Positions 59,800-64,000 of a DNA stretch of 64,000 nucleotides are shown here, in pieces (within the stretch, counting starts at the first letter, position 1; the number at the start of each line of letters is the position of its first letter). The notes below the pieces were generated by a model that saw only the letters and a program-made list of their open reading frames with translations, was not told the DNA's origin and searched no databases. The DNA is from Lingula anatina (Eukaryota; Animalia; Brachiopoda). The stretch lies in assembly GCA_051362555.1 (NCBI GenBank), contig CM120646.1, positions 12,400,001-12,464,000 of the forward strand, given 5' to 3'. The translations under genes and the position numbers were made by a program.

Positions 59800-62157
59800 T
59801 GTGTGCACACGCCTTAAAAGAGCTGTATAGTCGCCTGAAGAAAGAATCTTTTAGTTTCCAAGGCATCTGATACTTAGGTCATATTGGTCAGTAATTGATC
59901 TTCATGTCAAACTGATTTTTTCGCAGGGAATCTCAAGTTTGTTACACGCCTCAGAAAATAAAGAATTTTATGTTAACTCAAAGTCAACACAGTTGATAAA
60001 CTCAAATGAATTGAATTGAATTAAAATTCCGTTGAGGTTCCTTACATGTCCTATAGCTCAAGATCATTGATGAAATATTCTTAAGACAAGAAGTTGGTAA
60101 TATTGCCATGGGATAGATTTCTGTAACCACAAGATGCATTTTTCAAATTTTGTAACTTAAAATACAGGGTGGCCAAAAATGTATCCTTTTCCTTGTGTCA
60201 ACACCCCCCCTGGTATTTCCCCATTAATACATTTTCTTCTGTTGACTTATCTCAAACCTAATTAGAATCTATTTCACAACAATCAGCAAACAAGACAGGC
60301 ATTCATCTGAAGGTTGCATCAGTAATTCAGAAAGAAGCTGTGTGAATTGAACATCACATTTATGATTTAACAGTATTCTTGAAATAGCGACGAAATAGAT
60401 TTTCGTATCAAATACAAATCTTGCATCTGTGATATTTTCCTGAAAAACAGCACCCAAGCAAGTATTCTACAAGTACATTAAAATTTGTGTGCAATCACAT
60501 AGGAAAAGAAGGGAGGACAAGAAAGACTCTTGTGCAAGCGTGTATGTGTATGTGTGCGCGTGCTTGTGTGCTAGTGCGCATACGTCTTTGTTAGTGTTAA
60601 AACGGGTCTCAAATACATGGGGAAAGTCTGTCTGTTTATCAAGTTAAACGAATGACAACATCAAAACTTGTGTTTTTGTTTCATGGCCAGATTCATAAAA
60701 TAACATCTCGGATTTCAGGCACACCAGAAAAAAGATGTTGTTATGTACATGTACCTTTTGTTAGACATTCAGATGATAGTATGACATTTTCCAATTCAAA
60801 TTGTTTTCAATTACATTCACCAGTGATATAACCAGCATGGTGTTGTGTAGGGAATGCTGCTATGAATACAAATAGCGAAAAAAAGTCATTACAGCCGACA
60901 GTTTTAGCAGGGTCCCATTGTGTATTTTCGTTACCCGCGGGAAGGCCTATTTTTATTTCTCGAGATACGTGAAATGTTTATATTATTTAGCGTGGTCTGT
61001 GAAGCACACAAATGCCTGTCATATGTTCAACATTTTTCAATTTACATATAAATGTGTTTTCAATTATATGTACATTGGCCTACGTGTTGATACTAGAGCG
61101 GTGGTGACTCCTGCAGGAAATACATTAAGCTGAAAAAAAATTAATATAAAAGAGGACTGTCTGAGTAGAGGCCTGACCCAGGAGCTAGAGCTGCCACGAA
61201 CACGTCTTTGCTGAATCCATTAAAGGAAGGACTAGAAAGACAGGAACTTATTTCTGCGGTAAGTGAAGAGTTACTATATACGAATTTTAAGCGTTTGGTG
61301 TACCGTGCATGGGCCTTCCGCTTAATGATGACAAATTTTAACTAGATGTCCCTTGAGGGTAAACATTGTAAATGTGTTCAGTTGTTGCCACTATATATCC
61401 GCTACCTAATACCATCATGCAATTTCAAATAGCATAACCGATATTATACAACAGGGTTTTATTTCATTGTTTCCTTTCATTTCATTTTTCGATCATTATG
61501 AACTTCAGGGGCTGATTTATTTCAGGAATTTGGAGAAGGTGCAGTTTAAAAGCCTTTCTTCGGCTGACAGCGCGATTGATTTGTTTTATTTTGGCATGTG
61601 TATTTTACTTGAGTTGTGTAAGAATCTGGTAGAAGCAATATGTGAGCGCTACGGGGAATGTACTCATGGTATTCAACAGTGTATTGATTTAAAAGGATAT
61701 TGATAAACGTGCCTGGTAACAGCGTTCGTACAGTAGCGCGGGTAGGGAGCTTTCCATCCAAACGCTAAAATTCTTTCTCCAAGTTATTACAAACCTGGTG
61801 AAACACACACACACACACACACATATGGACGCTCTCGGTCGCACGCAAGCCTACACGGATTACATACATTCATATATACATTTTTTACCCAATATTTTAC
61901 CATTCAAATATTTTCATATATTCTTCATAGAGAAAAGATGTTGAATGATTACCAAAATCAAATGAATAGCTTTTTCATAAGGGAGTCATTGGGTGGTAGA
62001 ATATACATATTTAATTTTTTATTTTCTCAAATTTTCACCTGCAAACTAACAAAAAGTGCCAATGTATCTTTCATTAAGCATACATCAAGATAAATTCATA
62101 TGCTGAAATAAAATAAGATCTTTGAAGTTTTGTATGTGTGTGTGTGGGGGGGGGGGG

Positions 62158-62262
62158 GGAGTCAGATTTTCATAACGGAAATTTGATCGGGGAGTCAGAT
62201 TTTCATTATGATCATTATGAAAATCAGACTGGGGAGTCACATTTTAGGGGAGTCAGATTTTT
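62158..62262 (+). repeat. Short repeat array GGGGAGTCAGATTTT (4 copies), likely a foldback-element fragment
   Basis: The motif occurs at ~62156, 62190, 62231 and 62247. Confidence 0.65.
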
Positions 62263-62571
62263 ATGGTACATCGGGTTTATTCAAATTACCAGCTTTATTA
62301 AATATTGTCTGAAGCATGTTGTTCAAGGTATGTGCAGCAGGCCGTGTTAAATGTCTGGTCCCGCCGCAAAGTGGCCTCATTTTCCTCCAATGTTTATACA
62401 TTGTACAGTGGACGACGTGTTTTATAGCATCATGTTTCGATTTGTTGCTTATCGCTATGACCAAGTCTGGCCTGGCTCTTGTTCAATTTAAGCGCATGGC
62501 TGCACGTTCTAGTCGAGAGGTGATGAAAATTGAACAAGGAGTTGTGTCATACACCTCTTTCATCGGACTTA

Positions 62572-62788
62572 GACCCCATTTCCAGAGATTAGATCGATCT
62601 ACTTTAGATCGACCTTACTCCCTGGGGGTTCACGCTAAATAGCTATCCGCCGAGCGGACACGAAAGTTAATTACCACCTTACAGCTTGTAGTAGGCGGGA
62701 CGGACATTTAAGCCGGATTATCTGACAGTAATCTAGTGAGACTCCCCGCGGGGATAGATCGATCTAAAAGCTCTGGGAATACAGCCAC
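62572..62788. mobile_element. MITE related to family B
   Basis: Inverted arms 'tttccagagattagatcgatcta' and 'tagatcgatctaaaagctctgggaa'. Confidence 0.65.
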
Positions 62789-63498
62789 AGACTACGGTTT
62801 ACTTATGAAGTGGATGGGACTCGACATCAAATATCGTAAGAGCTGGAGGGCAGGGGGTTGAACCCACCCTCGGGTCCTCACATTATTAACCACGTCAGTC
62901 AGCACCTCAGGAAACAGCGTGGTGTACGACATCACCCTTTGTCGCTGTTTTTTTAATGATTAAGCCCGTGTCATGCGCACACACATTACACTAGTAGTCA
63001 CTAAACCATAGTTATAGTTGAGTCAGCAATGACTACTGAATTACTACTGATATGAAAAAGTGTAAAAAAAAAAAATTAAATAAAAAAAAAAAAAAAAAAC
63101 GCCTCCATTCAATTTTTGGGCTTGGACAATATTGTGACGCGAGCCCTCCCCTCGGGAGTCGGGAGAGATGTTGATTTTCCCCAGGGAAAGTATATCCCAA
63201 GCACAAACGACAAGAGTGGCTTTCAAGTAAGACAAACAGATTTAATAAACGTAGAAATCGATTATAAAATTTCAATAAAACGAAAGCAAAGTTAAAGACA
63301 TTTGAGTAACTCGTACGCATTTAAAGTCATTCATGTTGCTCAGTTCAAAATTTCACATAGTTCACAGTTTCTCTTGGAGTCCATAACATAATAATAACGT
63401 CGAACTAAATCTCAAATATAAATCTTGATAATAACGGAAACACTACTGAATGGGTCCAGTCCTCTGTCGCGGCACAATGCTTCGTTTCACATGAACAG

Positions 63499-63630
63499 TC
63501 CTGGAGAATGGGCTATGTATCCCCTGTAGACTCAGGCATCCCCACCTGCGGCTGCTTCACTTTACACGAAAAATCCTGGAGAATGGGCTATGTATCCCTG
63601 TAGATTCAGGCATCCTCACCTGCAGTTGCT
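63499..63630 (+). repeat. Direct repeat of ~57 bp, two copies
   Basis: 'tcctggagaatgggctatgtatcccctgtagactcaggcatccccacctgc' at ~63499 and ~63574, with a more degenerate echo near 63764. Confidence 0.8.
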
Positions 63631-64000
63631 GCATGCCCGGACGCTGAACAATTAAAGCGATAATAAACCAAACGTAAGATAACTCAAATAACTCAGCAAA
63701 AAAGTTACACGAAGGTCTCCAGTCTTCTTGGCTACGGCACATGGCTTGATTACACACAAACAGTCTTGGAGAATAGGAATTTTCCCACCTGGAGTGGCCT
63801 GCTCTCAGGATTTCCACCTGCAGTATCCGACTGTCAGGAATTTCCACGTACACCTCCTCATGCATTGGATAGTCAAAATCGGTAAGAAGTTCTCCATGCC
63901 CGGCTGCTGGTCAACTGAGCTAAAAACGCAAACAAAACCAAAGAACTAAAAAATAACGAAACTAAAGAGTTTTCCCAGTTACGCTAACGCATTACTGGAG

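Noticed and set aside
63557-63949. 102-aa (-) and 73-aa (+) ORFs at the window end
   Set aside because: They overlap a local direct repeat and show no recognisable domain or consistent exon chain within the window.

Overview
AT-rich, intron-containing animal genomic DNA (microsatellites, MITEs, GT-AG introns). It is most likely a marine invertebrate, but the taxon cannot be fixed from the sequence. Manual splicing gives nine genes, several invisible or fragmentary in the ORF track. (1) A 4-exon, 146-aa secreted Tyr/Cys-rich, EMI-like protein on the - strand (1519-2966). (2) Head-to-head with it, a 27-exon, ~1,730-aa secreted protein built from 25 copies of an 8-Cys Pro-rich module, with all introns in phase 0 (6507-21403). 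(3-5) Three tandem SCP/luciferin-binding-protein-type EF-hand genes; the third is frameshifted by a 32-nt fold-back insertion and the second lies just downstream of an LTR. (6) tRNA-Lys(CTT). (7) A 6-exon, 157-aa six-Cys protein with a signal peptide and C-terminal KGEL. (8) A Golgi-type carbohydrate sulfotransferase (Sulfotransfer_2 family). (9) An 8-exon, 915-aa carnosine-synthase-like ATP-grasp ligase. The most novel-looking element is the divergent pair of secreted Cys-rich proteins, a candidate extracellular material or adhesive system. Any functional link among the neighbouring genes is inference only. Family assignments come from remembered motifs, not database searches.
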